Source: an uncultured Flavobacteriaceae bacterium (lineage in GTDB: Bacteria; Bacteroidota; Bacteroidia; Flavobacteriales; Flavobacteriaceae). Taken from it: a stretch of 64,000 nt of DNA. The translations under genes and the position numbers were made by a program. How positions within the stretch are numbered: position 1 is the stretch's first letter; each line of letters starts with the position of its first letter. The stretch covers positions 18,701 to 82,700 of the forward strand of contig CAJVZM010000001.1 of NCBI GenBank assembly GCA_913020475.1, read 5' to 3'. Under the pieces are notes generated by a model. It had not been told where the DNA came from, searched no databases, and worked only from the letters and a program-made list of their open reading frames with translations. This document shows positions 18,709 to 28,660 of this stretch, piece after piece.

Positions 18709-20010
18709 TTAAGTATTCAAGGCTAATTTGTACTCCATCAAACAGCGTTCTCTTGCGAATTTGTGAGCTACTATTGGTTCTGGATAGCTCGGCTGATCCA
18801 AATCCTCAACCCAGGTCTTGATGTATTCTAAGTTCTTATCAAATTTCTTGATTTGCTCATGGGGATTGAAAATTCTAAAATAGGGAGCCGCATCGACTCC
18901 GCAACCTGAACTCCATTGCCAATTGCCAATATTGCTAGACATTTCATAATCAAAAAGTTTTTCGGCAAAGTAAGCCTCTCCCCATCGCCAATCGATCAGT
19001 AGATGTTTGCACAAAAAACTGGCTGTTAGCATACGAATTCGATTGTGCATAAATCCAGTACGGTTCAATTCACGCATACCTGCATCTACAAGTGGATAAC
19101 CTGTCTTGCCTTGACACCACTTTTCGAATTCTTCTTCGTTGTTTCTGTATTCGATTCTGTTGTACTGCTTTTTAAAGCACTGATTTACGGTATGAGGGAA
19201 ATGCCATAATATTTGCATAAAGAACTCTCTCCAAATGAGTTCTTTCAGAAATGTTGGATTCTCTCTGTCAGCGCTTTTAGAAACAAATTTTCTCACACTT
19301 TGGGTACCAAAACGAAGCTGAACGCCAATACGAGAGGTAGCATCCTGAGCAGGAAAATTACGCGTAGCCTCGTATTGATCAACCAGGTCATCATTAAACT
19401 TAAAGTCTTTTGGAAATATTTTTGAAACCTCAAATCCCATTTCTTCAAGGCATACTTGAGGCAGAGGTTGTTTGTTGTAAAGATTCTCCAAATGATTTTC
19501 AGAGGGATAGCTTTCAATTCCCTCCTGATTTAACTTGGCTAACCACTTTCTTGAAAAGGGGGTGTATACCATATATGGGTTTCCATCGTCTTTGACCACT
19601 TCGTTTCTTTCAAAAATCACCTGATCTTTATATGTTTCAAAGTCGATACCTTTTGTTTTTAGAAGCTCCTTAACCCTTTCATCTCTTTCCGTTGCATAAG
19701 GTTCGTAGTCGTGATTAGCAATAACTTTTTCGATGGGAAATTCCTGAATGATTTTTTCAAAAACAGCCTTGGGAGTGCCCCGATAAGTTCCCAGCGCGCA
19801 TCTGTTCCTCTTCATAGCATTATTGATGCCACCCAAGGCGTTTTGAATAAATGTCAATCGGTGATCGTCCGAAGGTAATTTATCTATTATATTTGTATCA
19901 TAGATAAATATGGGAATCACCTTATTTTTTCCATTCAGGGCTTCAAAAAACCCTTTATTATCGTCAATTCTTAGATCTCTTCTAAACCAAAAAATGGTAA
20001 ATTTTTCCAT
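18709..20010 (-). CDS. phrB: Deoxyribodipyrimidine photo-lyase, class I CPD type
   Basis: The ATG at 20010 ([18 protein letters not shown]) is preferred over the upstream TTG at 20019. [30 protein letters not shown] and [26 protein letters not shown] are classical class I motifs. Confidence 0.8.
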   Translation of the reverse strand: MEKFTIFWFRRDLRIDDNKGFFEALNGKNKVIPIFIYDTNIIDKLPSDDHRLTFIQNALGGINNAMKRNRCALGTYRGTPKAVFEKIIQEFPIEKVIANHDYEPYATERDERVKELLKTKGIDFETYKDQVIFERNEVVKDDGNPYMVYTPFSRKWLAKLNQEGIESYPSENHLENLYNKQPLPQVCLEEMGFEVSKIFPKDFKFNDDLVDQYEATRNFPAQDATSRIGVQLRFGTQSVRKFVSKSADRENPTFLKELIWREFFMQILWHFPHTVNQCFKKQYNRIEYRNNEEEFEKWCQGKTGYPLVDAGMRELNRTGFMHNRIRMLTASFLCKHLLIDWRWGEAYFAEKLFDYEMSSNIGNWQWSSGCGVDAAPYFRIFNPHEQIKKFDKNLEYIKTWVEDLDQPSYPEPIVAHKFARERCLMEYKLALNT

Positions 20011-20015
20011 TAAAA

Positions 20016-20714
20016 TCAACTTTTAATTGTCCCTATACCACCATCTATAGTTAAGGTTTGAGCAGTCATCCAACTGCTGTTGTCGCTCAATAAAAATGCT
20101 GTCATTTGAGCAATTTCATCAGGGCGGCCTACTCTTTGTAGGGGGTGTCTTACTGCAGCATTATTTTTTTTTGTGTCGTTGTTGAGAAATTTTTCAGCCA
20201 GCGGAGTGTCAATTAGGGAGGGAGCGATAACATTAAATCTTATTTTAGGGGCAAATTCTGCAGCCAGGGAACGTGACAGTCCCTCTATGGCGCCTTTGGC
20301 CGCTGCAACAGATGTGTGATATGGCATGCCCGTCTGTACGGCTACAGTGCTAAAAAACACTACACTGGCAGGAACTTCGCTGCTTTGCAGTCGCCCCAAG
20401 ACAGATTGGAGTGTCTTGATTGCTCCCAATACATTGATGGAAAAGTCTTTAGAAAATACTTCAGGTTTGATTCCTTTAAAGGGTCTAAGATTAATGGTTC
20501 CAGGACAATAAACCAGTCCATGAAGGGTTTCAGGTAAGCTCGAAACCTCCAGTTCATCAGTCTCTACATCGAAGGGAATGTAGTTATGGGCTAGCCCATC
20601 CAACCTTTCTTTGGTTCGATTGGCCACAATAATATTGTGTTTGGATTCAAGTTGTTTTACTAATGAAAAGCCTATTCCTGAGCTTCCTCCAACAATTAAA
20701 ATATTTTTTCTCAT
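20016..20714 (-). CDS. SDR family oxidoreductase
   Basis: 232 aa. It has the Rossmann motif VGGSSGIG and the catalytic Y-x-x-x-K region (PYHTSVAAAKGA). It ends 5 nt before the phrB ATG. Confidence 0.8.
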   Translation of the reverse strand: MRKNILIVGGSSGIGFSLVKQLESKHNIIVANRTKERLDGLAHNYIPFDVETDELEVSSLPETLHGLVYCPGTINLRPFKGIKPEVFSKDFSINVLGAIKTLQSVLGRLQSSEVPASVVFFSTVAVQTGMPYHTSVAAAKGAIEGLSRSLAAEFAPKIRFNVIAPSLIDTPLAEKFLNNDTKKNNAAVRHPLQRVGRPDEIAQMTAFLLSDNSSWMTAQTLTIDGGIGTIKS

Positions 20715-20721
20715 TTTGTAT

Positions 20722-21183
20722 TTAGTATTTTCCGAACAATTCTGTCAATTTGTTATGTCGATATTCAAATATTGCTTTTAGTTTAGGTTTAACTACTATG
20801 GGATGAACCATTTGACCCAATAGCCCAAAAGGTATTTTATAATCAATAATGTCTTCCATTTCAACCCCCTTTTTAATGGGACGAATAAAATGTTTGTGGT
20901 GCCACAAATCGTAAGGACCAAACCTTTGTTCATCAACAAAATATTCTCCTTCTTTGACATGGGTGATTTCGGTTACCCATTGGGTGGGGATTCCCATTAT
21001 TGGGGTGACAATATATTTGATAATCTGTCCCGGATACATCATTTTTTCATCACCTTCTAAGATTTTAAACCCCATATAATTGGGTGTTATAGTTTTTAAG
21101 TTTTTTGGATCACTTAGGAACTGCCAGGCCTGATCCACACTAATGGGCAATTGCTGAGTCTTCTGTAAACGATATATTTTCAT
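20722..21183 (-). CDS. SRPBCC-superfamily protein (polyketide cyclase/dehydrase-like fold)
   Basis: 153 aa. The pattern VDQAWQFLSDPKNL ... FVDEQRFGPYDLWHHKHFI is reminiscent of the SRPBCC proteins that accompany photolyase clusters. This is a family-level call only. Confidence 0.55.
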   Translation of the reverse strand: MKIYRLQKTQQLPISVDQAWQFLSDPKNLKTITPNYMGFKILEGDEKMMYPGQIIKYIVTPIMGIPTQWVTEITHVKEGEYFVDEQRFGPYDLWHHKHFIRPIKKGVEMEDIIDYKIPFGLLGQMVHPIVVKPKLKAIFEYRHNKLTELFGKY

Positions 21184-21306
21184 AACTAACTTCTGGGTAA
21201 ATATACAAATTGTTTAACTATTTTTAAAAAAAATTAAACAACATGTAAACATTTTACAAAGAATCTTTGAATTAGAGGGGGTTTTATAAATTTGAAAAAA
21301 AATATT

Positions 21307-22149
21307 ATGAGACTTACTTACCTTTTACTTTTTACTTTTTCCCTTGGGGCTACCTTTGCTCAAGTCACAACGCCTCAACCAAGTCCTCGTTCCAAAATCT
21401 CTCAACAAGTGGGGTTGACTCAGATTGATATTGATTATTCCCGACCCTCAGCCCGAGGAAGACAAATCATGGGAGGTTTGGTTCGTTATGGTGATATTTG
21501 GCGAACGGGTGCCAACCAAAACACTACGGTTTCTTTTTCGGACCCCGTTAGTATTGCAGGTCAAACCTTAGCAGCAGGGAAATACGCCCTTTACACGCGT
21601 CCTTCTGCCAATCAATGGGAAGTTTATTTTTATAAAAAAAATAATTTAGGAGATGCTTCCCTTAATTGGGAAGAGAATCACGTGGAATTAACGGCTATTG
21701 CTTCCCCCATTTATTTTGATCCGATGGTGGAGACTTTTACCATTTCTTTATCTAATTTACAAAGCAATAGTGCCTCTATGAACTTGATTTGGGAACATAC
21801 TTTGATACCCATTTCCATTGTTGTCCCCACAGCATCGAAAGCTCAAGAAAGTATTGATAGGACCCTCTCCGGTGAGCCCAAGGCAAGAGATTATTTTCAA
21901 GCAGCAGTATATTATCTTCAAGAAAATAAAGACCTAAAAAAAGCACAGTCTTGGATTGAAAAGGCCATAGAGATGCGAGAAAAACCAGCCTATTGGATGT
22001 ATCGTCAGTACGCACTGATTTTAGCAAAACGGAATGATAAAGATGCAGCGCTAAAGGCGGCTAAAAAGTCTTTAACCTTGGCAGAAAAAGCGGGTAATAA
22101 AGATTATGTAATAATGAACAAGGCCTCCATTTTTGAGTGGAGTAAATAA
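21307..22149 (+). CDS. DUF2911 domain protein with helical C-terminal extension, secreted
   Basis: The ATG at 21307 (MRLTYLLLFTFSLGATFAQ) is preferred over the TTG at 21292. SRPSARGRQIMGGLVRYGDIWRTGANQNTTVSF ... LAAGKYALY is the DUF2911 core. The C-terminal ~100 aa are helical and TPR-like. Confidence 0.6.
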   Translation: MRLTYLLLFTFSLGATFAQVTTPQPSPRSKISQQVGLTQIDIDYSRPSARGRQIMGGLVRYGDIWRTGANQNTTVSFSDPVSIAGQTLAAGKYALYTRPSANQWEVYFYKKNNLGDASLNWEENHVELTAIASPIYFDPMVETFTISLSNLQSNSASMNLIWEHTLIPISIVVPTASKAQESIDRTLSGEPKARDYFQAAVYYLQENKDLKKAQSWIEKAIEMREKPAYWMYRQYALILAKRNDKDAALKAAKKSLTLAEKAGNKDYVIMNKASIFEWSK

Positions 22150-22156
22150 TATTTAT

Positions 22157-22195
22157 GTAAGAAGGATCAACCCTCTTACCTAGGATTTTTTTTTT
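22157..22195 (+). terminator. Possible rho-independent terminator after the DUF2911 gene
   Basis: GTAAGAAGG/CCCTCTTAC forms a 9-bp stem with one mismatch and a 5-nt loop. A T10 run begins 6 nt after the stem. Confidence 0.4.
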
Positions 22196-22236
22196 ACAAA
22201 ATGATTTTTAGACTTTCTTATAAAATTTTAAGCTAA

Positions 22237-23895
22237 TTAATTTTTTGTAATGTTTTGAATTATTGAGGCTGTCACTAGCGTCAGTATCGCTCCAATAACA
22301 TTGAGCCAAAGAAAGGTGACCCATTCTTGACTGTAGATGATGAGTACGATAATTTCAGTAAATATGGCGGCATAAAATACTGCATTGGCCCTAATGGAAT
22401 TTAGAAAAATGGCAATCATGAAAATCCCCAAAATGGTTCCGTAAAACAATGAGCCAATGATATTGACCAATTGGATTAGATTTTCAAAGAGGTTTCCCAC
22501 CAAAGCGAAGGCAATTGCAATCATCCCCCAAACCAGCGTAAACCATTTGCCTACCATTACATAATGCTTTTCGTCATGGTTGTTAAAGAAGCTTTGGTAC
22601 AAATCCACCACTGTAGTGGCCGAAAGGGCGTTGATCTCTGAGGCTGAAGAACTCATGGCAGCTGATAGGATGGCAGCCAGCACCAGTCCTATCAATCCTT
22701 GCGGTAAATAGTTTACAATAAAATAGATAAAGACATAGTCCTTATCGTTGGATTCGATTTGGGGTTGATTGAGTTCCATGATTTTTTTGGCCTCAGCCCG
22801 ATTGATTTGAGCTTGATTTTCCAGTTGGAGGTATTTTTTTTGAGAGGTGGTGTTGGAGAAAAAATCTTCTTTTTGAAGTTGTTTCTTTTTTTCTTGATGG
22901 ATGATGTCGTTAGCTACTTCCAAGGCTTTAAATTTTTCACTTCCTTGGGTGGTTTTTATTTTTTCTGAAGCGTAAGGATTAAAATGCAGAGGAGCCTTTT
23001 CGAATTGAAAAAAAACAAAAACCAATATACCGGTCAATAAGATAAAAAATTGCATTGGGATTTTTAAAAACCCATTCATGATGAGTCCCCTTTGGCTTTC
23101 GACAAGAGACCTTCCAGAGAGGTAGCGTTGCACCTGACTTTGATCCGTACCAAAGTATGAAAGGGCTAGAAAAAGTCCTCCAGTGACGCCACTCCAAAAG
23201 TTGTAGCGATTGTTGAAGTCTAAATTAAAATTGATTATGTTGAGTTTGTCATTGATCCCGGCCAAATGAAGGGCGTTTGAAAAAGAAAGGTTTTCTGGAA
23301 GGGCCCTTACAATAAAAATAAAGGCAGACACCATACCTAAAAAAACGATGAACATCTGTTGTTTTTGGGTAACATTGACGGCTTGCGTCCCACCTACTAA
23401 AGTGTAGAATATCACCAATAAGCCAATCACTGCAACCAGTAATTTTAGATTCCACCCCAATACCACACTTAGTATGATGGCGGGAGCATAAATTGTAATT
23501 CCCGCAGCCAGTCCACGTTGGATAAGAAATAAGACAGCGGTTAGGGTTCGAGTTTTAAGATCAAAACGTTTTTCCAAGAACTCATAAGCCGTAAAGACTT
23601 TTAATCGGTGATAAACGGGAAGAAAAAACAAACAGATGATAATCATTGCAAAGGGCAATCCAAAATAGAACTGCACAAACCCCATCCCATCGTTGAAAGC
23701 TTGTCCGGGGGTTGACAAAAAGGTTATTGCACTTGCTTGGGTGGCCATTACCGAAAGCCCTACGGTAAACCACGAAGCTTGATTCCCCCCCCTAATGTAG
23801 TCTTTGATGTTTTTGTGAGAATTGTTTTTCCAAATCCCATAAACAATTATGAATACAAGAGACAGACTCAGTACTAGCCAGTCGATCATTTCCAT
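22237..23895 (-). CDS. Sodium:solute symporter (SSS) family transporter
   Basis: 552 aa, highly hydrophobic and multi-spanning. The GGNQASWFTVGLSVMATQASAITFLSTPG motif region is typical of the SSS family. Confidence 0.8.
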   Translation of the reverse strand: MEMIDWLVLSLSLVFIIVYGIWKNNSHKNIKDYIRGGNQASWFTVGLSVMATQASAITFLSTPGQAFNDGMGFVQFYFGLPFAMIIICLFFLPVYHRLKVFTAYEFLEKRFDLKTRTLTAVLFLIQRGLAAGITIYAPAIILSVVLGWNLKLLVAVIGLLVIFYTLVGGTQAVNVTQKQQMFIVFLGMVSAFIFIVRALPENLSFSNALHLAGINDKLNIINFNLDFNNRYNFWSGVTGGLFLALSYFGTDQSQVQRYLSGRSLVESQRGLIMNGFLKIPMQFFILLTGILVFVFFQFEKAPLHFNPYASEKIKTTQGSEKFKALEVANDIIHQEKKKQLQKEDFFSNTTSQKKYLQLENQAQINRAEAKKIMELNQPQIESNDKDYVFIYFIVNYLPQGLIGLVLAAILSAAMSSSASEINALSATTVVDLYQSFFNNHDEKHYVMVGKWFTLVWGMIAIAFALVGNLFENLIQLVNIIGSLFYGTILGIFMIAIFLNSIRANAVFYAAIFTEIIVLIIYSQEWVTFLWLNVIGAILTLVTASIIQNITKN

Positions 23896-23986
23896 CCGTT
23901 AAAAATTTTCATTATCAGATAAAAAAAGCACCAAAAAAACAATTGGCTCAAGAACAGTATCCAATAAATCTTAGGGAGTTTTTTTT

Positions 23987-26470
23987 TCACGGCCTAGCAA
24001 TTAGATTAAAGAACAAACGGTAGGCACCTGGAACGCCCTTTGGAAGCTGTCGGAAAAAACTTAAACCTGTGTAAACAATCCTTCCCTTACCATAATTCGC
24101 AACTAGAAGGCTTCCTTTTTTTGGAGACTCGCCTGTATCATTCATTTGCAGTAGGGGGATGAATTTCTCATCCCAAGAATTTGGAAAATATAAGCCTCTT
24201 TCTTGCACCCATTGCTCGAAATCTTGAGATGTAATTTTATTGGGACGATTCAAAACCGGATGATCTGGATTAATGATTTGTACTCTAGATTTTTCGTTGG
24301 ATACACGATCTCGAGAAAGGTTTAATTTCAGAGGTGTCAACTCCTTAGTTTTTAGTCCTCTACTGGTATTGTATTGCATTAGTAGGTTACCTCCGGCTTC
24401 AACATATTCCCAAAGAATTTTATTTTTATAAGCCAGAGCCTCCTCGACATTGAAGGCTCTGATCCCGACGATTACTGCATCAAAGTAGTTTAATTTTTCA
24501 AGAGTGATATTTTTGGCTTTTAATATTTCTACTTCCACTCCCAGGTCAGTTAAGCTTTGCGGTATGTTGTCTCCCGCGCCTTCAATATAAGCTACTTTTT
24601 CTACACCTGTTTTTAAACTTAGGGCCACCACTTTAGACTCAGCAGGAGACACAAGGAATTGTTTGGGGATATGGTCGTATGTTATTTCTTGAAGCGAGGC
24701 TTGGAGTTTTTTTGTATGGGTTTCAATTAGGGGCCTTAAATAGCCTACCGTTGTATGAGAAGGAGCTTTAATATCAAAATAAAAATCGGTTTCATTTCCT
24801 TTACCCGATATGGATACTTTAACAGATTTAGGATTAACTTCCCAAGATTTAGGGGTTTCCAATTCTAGTGTTCCCATTACTTTGGTGCCTAAATTTTTGA
24901 CACTTATCTTGACCTTACGACTTTGGTCAGTAGCAAATAAAAAGACGGGGGCTTCGAGTTGGAGGGTGGCCTCAGGAAGGATGTGAAATGGTGTGATAAC
25001 TTCTCCTCTAACAGGATCAGTTCTTCTGAATTTGAGAGGTAAGCTAATCTCTAACTTTTTTCCTTCAATTGATAAATCAAGTGTCGCTTGATAAGCAGCC
25101 GGACTTTTTGCGGCTCCTATCGATCCAGTTTTGTTGGATATATACATCCCCTGACTGCCTTTTTGGCTAAGCCAGTAGGGACTGCTAATAGCACCCTTTA
25201 CTTTGGTATCAAAACGTTTAATGAAAAGTTGATTTGTATTAAGAGTTTGGTGTAAATCATGAGATTCGTCTTTCCATTGTATCCGATTTAAATTTACAGT
25301 GAGGTGGCTCGGATTATTGACCAATAGTTTCATCTGTAAATTTTCCCCTGAAACTCCGTATGGAATTTGGGCATTGAGTTGAAATTCAATTCCAAGACAG
25401 TTAATTATAAGGTCAGTTATTTCCTCTGTTTTTACTTTTTTCCAGTGTTTATTTTCCAGTTGAGTGATCATTTTTTGGACATGTAGTAAGGGAACCACGC
25501 TTTTGTGGGGAGCGGAAAAATCAAAATCTTCAATGATTTTTTGGATAGCTTTTCCAATGGCTGTTCCCCCTTTTACCCTTGTCCATTGAGTATTGATGTC
25601 ATCAAATGGATCGTTTTGGGTTAGTTTTTTTCCTCTGATTAACTCAAAATATTCCAATCTTTCTCCCAATACAGGGGCACTTCCAAAACCCTGAGACTTG
25701 TGTTTACTTCGGCTTAGTGCGGCAACCTCCGAATTGGTTTTTCCCGAGAGTGGATCAAAAACTCCCATATCAATGGTAAGCATTGCTTTTTTGTTGGCTT
25801 TTTCAAAATTTTCTCTGCTCCCGTAAAAATACCAAGAGGTATTATGGAACAGACGTTTAGGATGCCAAGAATTTTGATCAGCATTCATTTGGTCAAATGC
25901 CCATTCACTTATCATAGCCGAAGCAGTGTGGTGGCCGTGTGTTCTTCCAGTACTTTGGCTGTTAAAGCGGTTGATGATAATGTCTGGCTTGAATTCTTGA
26001 ATTCTGGCTTTGGTTTGAGCCAAAACCTGTTTTCTGTCCCAAATAGATAGGGTTTCGACCGGATTTTTGGAATACCCAAAATCATTGGCCATGGTAAAAA
26101 ACTGTGATCCACCGTCAACTTTTCGAGCTGCTAAAAGTTCTTGTGTTCGGATCAATCCCAAAGCCTCTCTAAGTTCTGCTCCAATTAGATTTTGCCCTCC
26201 ATCACCTCGGGTCATGGATAAATATGCAGTTCGGGCCAATACATGATTGGAAAAATAGGAAATTACTCGTGTATTTTCATCGTCTGGGTGGGCAGCAAGA
26301 TAGAGTACTGAGCCCAAAAAGTTGAGCTTTTTGAGTTGTTTGTATACATCAGAAGAGGATTGTCCCTTTAGCGTTATAACAAAAAATAAAATTACTATTA
26401 AGCTATTCCTTTTAAACCAATTTATTCTTTTGGTCATTGATAATGAAGTTCTACGGTTTTTTGTGTCCAT
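23987..26470 (-). CDS. Large PIG-L/LmbE family deacetylase-like protein
   Basis: 827 aa with the N-terminal LmbE motif LAAHPDDENTRVISYF, then HGHH. A long C-terminal region has no motif I can name with confidence. Confidence 0.7.
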   Translation of the reverse strand: MDTKNRRTSLSMTKRINWFKRNSLIVILFFVITLKGQSSSDVYKQLKKLNFLGSVLYLAAHPDDENTRVISYFSNHVLARTAYLSMTRGDGGQNLIGAELREALGLIRTQELLAARKVDGGSQFFTMANDFGYSKNPVETLSIWDRKQVLAQTKARIQEFKPDIIINRFNSQSTGRTHGHHTASAMISEWAFDQMNADQNSWHPKRLFHNTSWYFYGSRENFEKANKKAMLTIDMGVFDPLSGKTNSEVAALSRSKHKSQGFGSAPVLGERLEYFELIRGKKLTQNDPFDDINTQWTRVKGGTAIGKAIQKIIEDFDFSAPHKSVVPLLHVQKMITQLENKHWKKVKTEEITDLIINCLGIEFQLNAQIPYGVSGENLQMKLLVNNPSHLTVNLNRIQWKDESHDLHQTLNTNQLFIKRFDTKVKGAISSPYWLSQKGSQGMYISNKTGSIGAAKSPAAYQATLDLSIEGKKLEISLPLKFRRTDPVRGEVITPFHILPEATLQLEAPVFLFATDQSRKVKISVKNLGTKVMGTLELETPKSWEVNPKSVKVSISGKGNETDFYFDIKAPSHTTVGYLRPLIETHTKKLQASLQEITYDHIPKQFLVSPAESKVVALSLKTGVEKVAYIEGAGDNIPQSLTDLGVEVEILKAKNITLEKLNYFDAVIVGIRAFNVEEALAYKNKILWEYVEAGGNLLMQYNTSRGLKTKELTPLKLNLSRDRVSNEKSRVQIINPDHPVLNRPNKITSQDFEQWVQERGLYFPNSWDEKFIPLLQMNDTGESPKKGSLLVANYGKGRIVYTGLSFFRQLPKGVPGAYRLFFNLIARP

Positions 26471-26499
26471 TTTAGAAAATCAATTTTACTCAATTTATT

Positions 26500-27084
26500 T
26501 TATACTTTAATCAAGATCGCAATTTTTTCCTTCACTTGCGCCAATGGTAATCCAACTACGTTAGTGTAACTTCCTTCAATTTTCGTTATTCCTATGGCCC
26601 CTATCCATTCCTGAATACCGTATGCTCCTGCTTTGTCAAGAGGGGAGTATTCCTCTATATAATAATCGATTTCTTGATCTGTTAATTTTTTAAAATAAAC
26701 TTTGCTAGTTTCTGTTATTATTTCAAAATTTTGGCTAGTGAGAAATCCTACTGAGGTAATGACTTTATGTGATTTCCCAGATAGAAAAGACAGCATTTCT
26801 CTTGCAGCTTCTATATTTTTAGGTTTTCCCAAATATCGATTTTCACACCAAACGATAGTGTCTGCGGTAATGACGATTTGACGGTCTTGAATAAGTTCTG
26901 TAAAAGGAGCATTTTTTTTTTGGACAATGTGTTGAGTGATTTCTTCTCCTTGGAGCTGCGGTGGGAAGGTTTCATCGACAGAAAAAGTCTTAATTGAAAA
27001 AGGAATGTTTAAACTTTCCAAAAAAGTCTTTCTTCTAGGGGAAATTGAGGCTAAAATGATTTCAAAACCATTGAGATTAAGCAT
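26500..27084 (-). CDS. maf: Maf-like nucleoside triphosphate pyrophosphatase
   Basis: 194 aa. ILASISPRR, ITADTIV, GKP and KAGAYGIQ are Maf family signatures. Confidence 0.85.
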   Translation of the reverse strand: MLNLNGFEIILASISPRRKTFLESLNIPFSIKTFSVDETFPPQLQGEEITQHIVQKKNAPFTELIQDRQIVITADTIVWCENRYLGKPKNIEAAREMLSFLSGKSHKVITSVGFLTSQNFEIITETSKVYFKKLTDQEIDYYIEEYSPLDKAGAYGIQEWIGAIGITKIEGSYTNVVGLPLAQVKEKIAILIKV

Positions 27085-27092
27085 ACCTGGAA

Positions 27093-27620
27093 TTAGCGAT
27101 TTGAGTTTTTAGTAAATATCCACTTGTTTTGAACCCTCATCACTTGCTCTAAAATTTCCCTTACACACCCATCTCCTCCATTTTTGTGGGATACATAGTC
27201 AGCAATCCTTTTAACATCAGAAACAGCATCTTGTGGACAGGTTGCCAATCCTGCTTTTTCCATTACTGAAATATCTGGAATATCATCACCCATGTAAAGC
27301 ACCTCCTCTGGATTGATATTGTAGGTGTTAATAAAGTTATCGAAAGCAATCATTTTTTCATGAATACCCAAATATACTTTATCAACCCCTAGGTTTTCAA
27401 GTCTACTTTTTACCCCTGGGTTGGTGCCTCCAGAAATAACCCCAATCTTAAAGCCTTTGAGTGAGGCATATTTGAGTGCAAACCCATCTCGAGTATTCAT
27501 CTCGCGATACATTTCCCCTTCTGTGGTTACTAATATTTTACCATTGGTCAATACCCCATCTACATCAAAAATAAAGGTGGTGATTTTATTAAGTAGTGTT
27601 TTATAGTTTTTACTGCTCAT
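27093..27620 (-). CDS. kdsC: KdsC-type HAD-IIIA phosphatase (3-deoxy-D-manno-octulosonate 8-phosphate phosphatase-like)
   Basis: 175 aa with FDVDGVLTNG, LKGFKIGVISGG and YMGDDIPD motifs. Confidence 0.8.
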   Translation of the reverse strand: MSSKNYKTLLNKITTFIFDVDGVLTNGKILVTTEGEMYREMNTRDGFALKYASLKGFKIGVISGGTNPGVKSRLENLGVDKVYLGIHEKMIAFDNFINTYNINPEEVLYMGDDIPDISVMEKAGLATCPQDAVSDVKRIADYVSHKNGGDGCVREILEQVMRVQNKWIFTKNSNR

Positions 27621-28365
27621 ATTTTTTTTGGATTGAAGAAGATAAATTTAGGTATAGTTTTTTTATGTCTAGTTCTGTTAACAAATTGAGGTGCTTTTTG
27701 ATTGTTTTCAGATCTTGTCGCAAGGCGGGGCCAGTTTGCGCATTTTGGGGCTCCATAATCAAGGCTTTTTTGTAAGTTTCCTCTATTAGAGGATGGAATA
27801 TCTCGAAAGGGATTTGGTGTTTTTTGGATAAATCATTTCCTAAATGCAACATGTGGTTGCTGAAATTATTAACCCATACTGCGATCATGTGCAGGTGCGC
27901 TCTTTTTTTTGTATTGATTATGTGCGGAATTCCTCCTAGCTGTATGGCGAATTCACATAATAGGTTCTGGTCTTTTTTTTCTAAGGCCTCTATACAAATC
28001 GGAAGTTTGTCAAAACTTAAAGATCTTTCTTTGGTAAAGCTTTGAAGAGGGTAGAAAACTCCTTTTCTGATTGAGCCTTCTAGCTCGTCGATGGGAATCC
28101 CCCCCGCACAATGAACCGCCAAACTGTTTCTTTTGATTTTTTCACTTATGGACTTAATGGCCTCGTCCTTTACACAGATTAAATAGACATCCGCATCTTC
28201 CAAATCATCGATATGATTTGTAATTTTAATTTGGTTTTTCGCAAAATCAATTTTATCAATAGATCGGTTGTACCATTGAATTAAATCCAATTTAGGGCAT
28301 GAATTAATTTGTTCGTAAAAGTGAATGGCCAAGTGACCTGCTCCTAGTAGCACAATTTTTGTCAT
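27610..28365 (-). CDS. Rossmann-fold DUF2520-type protein
   Basis: 251 aa with the N-terminal motif KIVLLGAGHLA. Size and position next to kdsC match the Bacteroidetes DUF2520 proteins I remember. It overlaps kdsC by 11 nt. Confidence 0.55.
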   Translation of the reverse strand: MTKIVLLGAGHLAIHFYEQINSCPKLDLIQWYNRSIDKIDFAKNQIKITNHIDDLEDADVYLICVKDEAIKSISEKIKRNSLAVHCAGGIPIDELEGSIRKGVFYPLQSFTKERSLSFDKLPICIEALEKKDQNLLCEFAIQLGGIPHIINTKKRAHLHMIAVWVNNFSNHMLHLGNDLSKKHQIPFEIFHPLIEETYKKALIMEPQNAQTGPALRQDLKTIKKHLNLLTELDIKKLYLNLSSSIQKKYEQ

Positions 28366-28624
28366 ATTTCAAAAATACACAAACTTATTTCCCTAATTTT
28401 GAAATACATAAATCTTATTGTCATAAATATTTAAAGTACTTTACTTTAAAAATTTCTTCGAATGTTTGTTTGTGTTGTTCTGCTAATTTTCTCTTTGGCT
28501 ATTTTGTTGTAGAAATTCAAAAATGAAATTTTATTTAGTGATCTGGTTTTACATTCTTTATTAAATCGATTCTTTTGACTAATAATTTAGTTTTTTGAAG
28601 TTGTTATAATTCAATTTCAACAAT

Positions 28625-28632
28625 TATCTTTG
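28625..28632 (+). promoter_or_regulatory. Candidate Bacteroidetes -7 promoter box for ccsBA
   Basis: TATCTTTG fits TAnnTTTG and lies 28 nt upstream of the ATG at 28661, at the end of a 295-bp AT-rich gap. Confidence 0.35.
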
Positions 28633-28660
28633 CACTTCAAATGGTGAGCTGAAGATTTAG

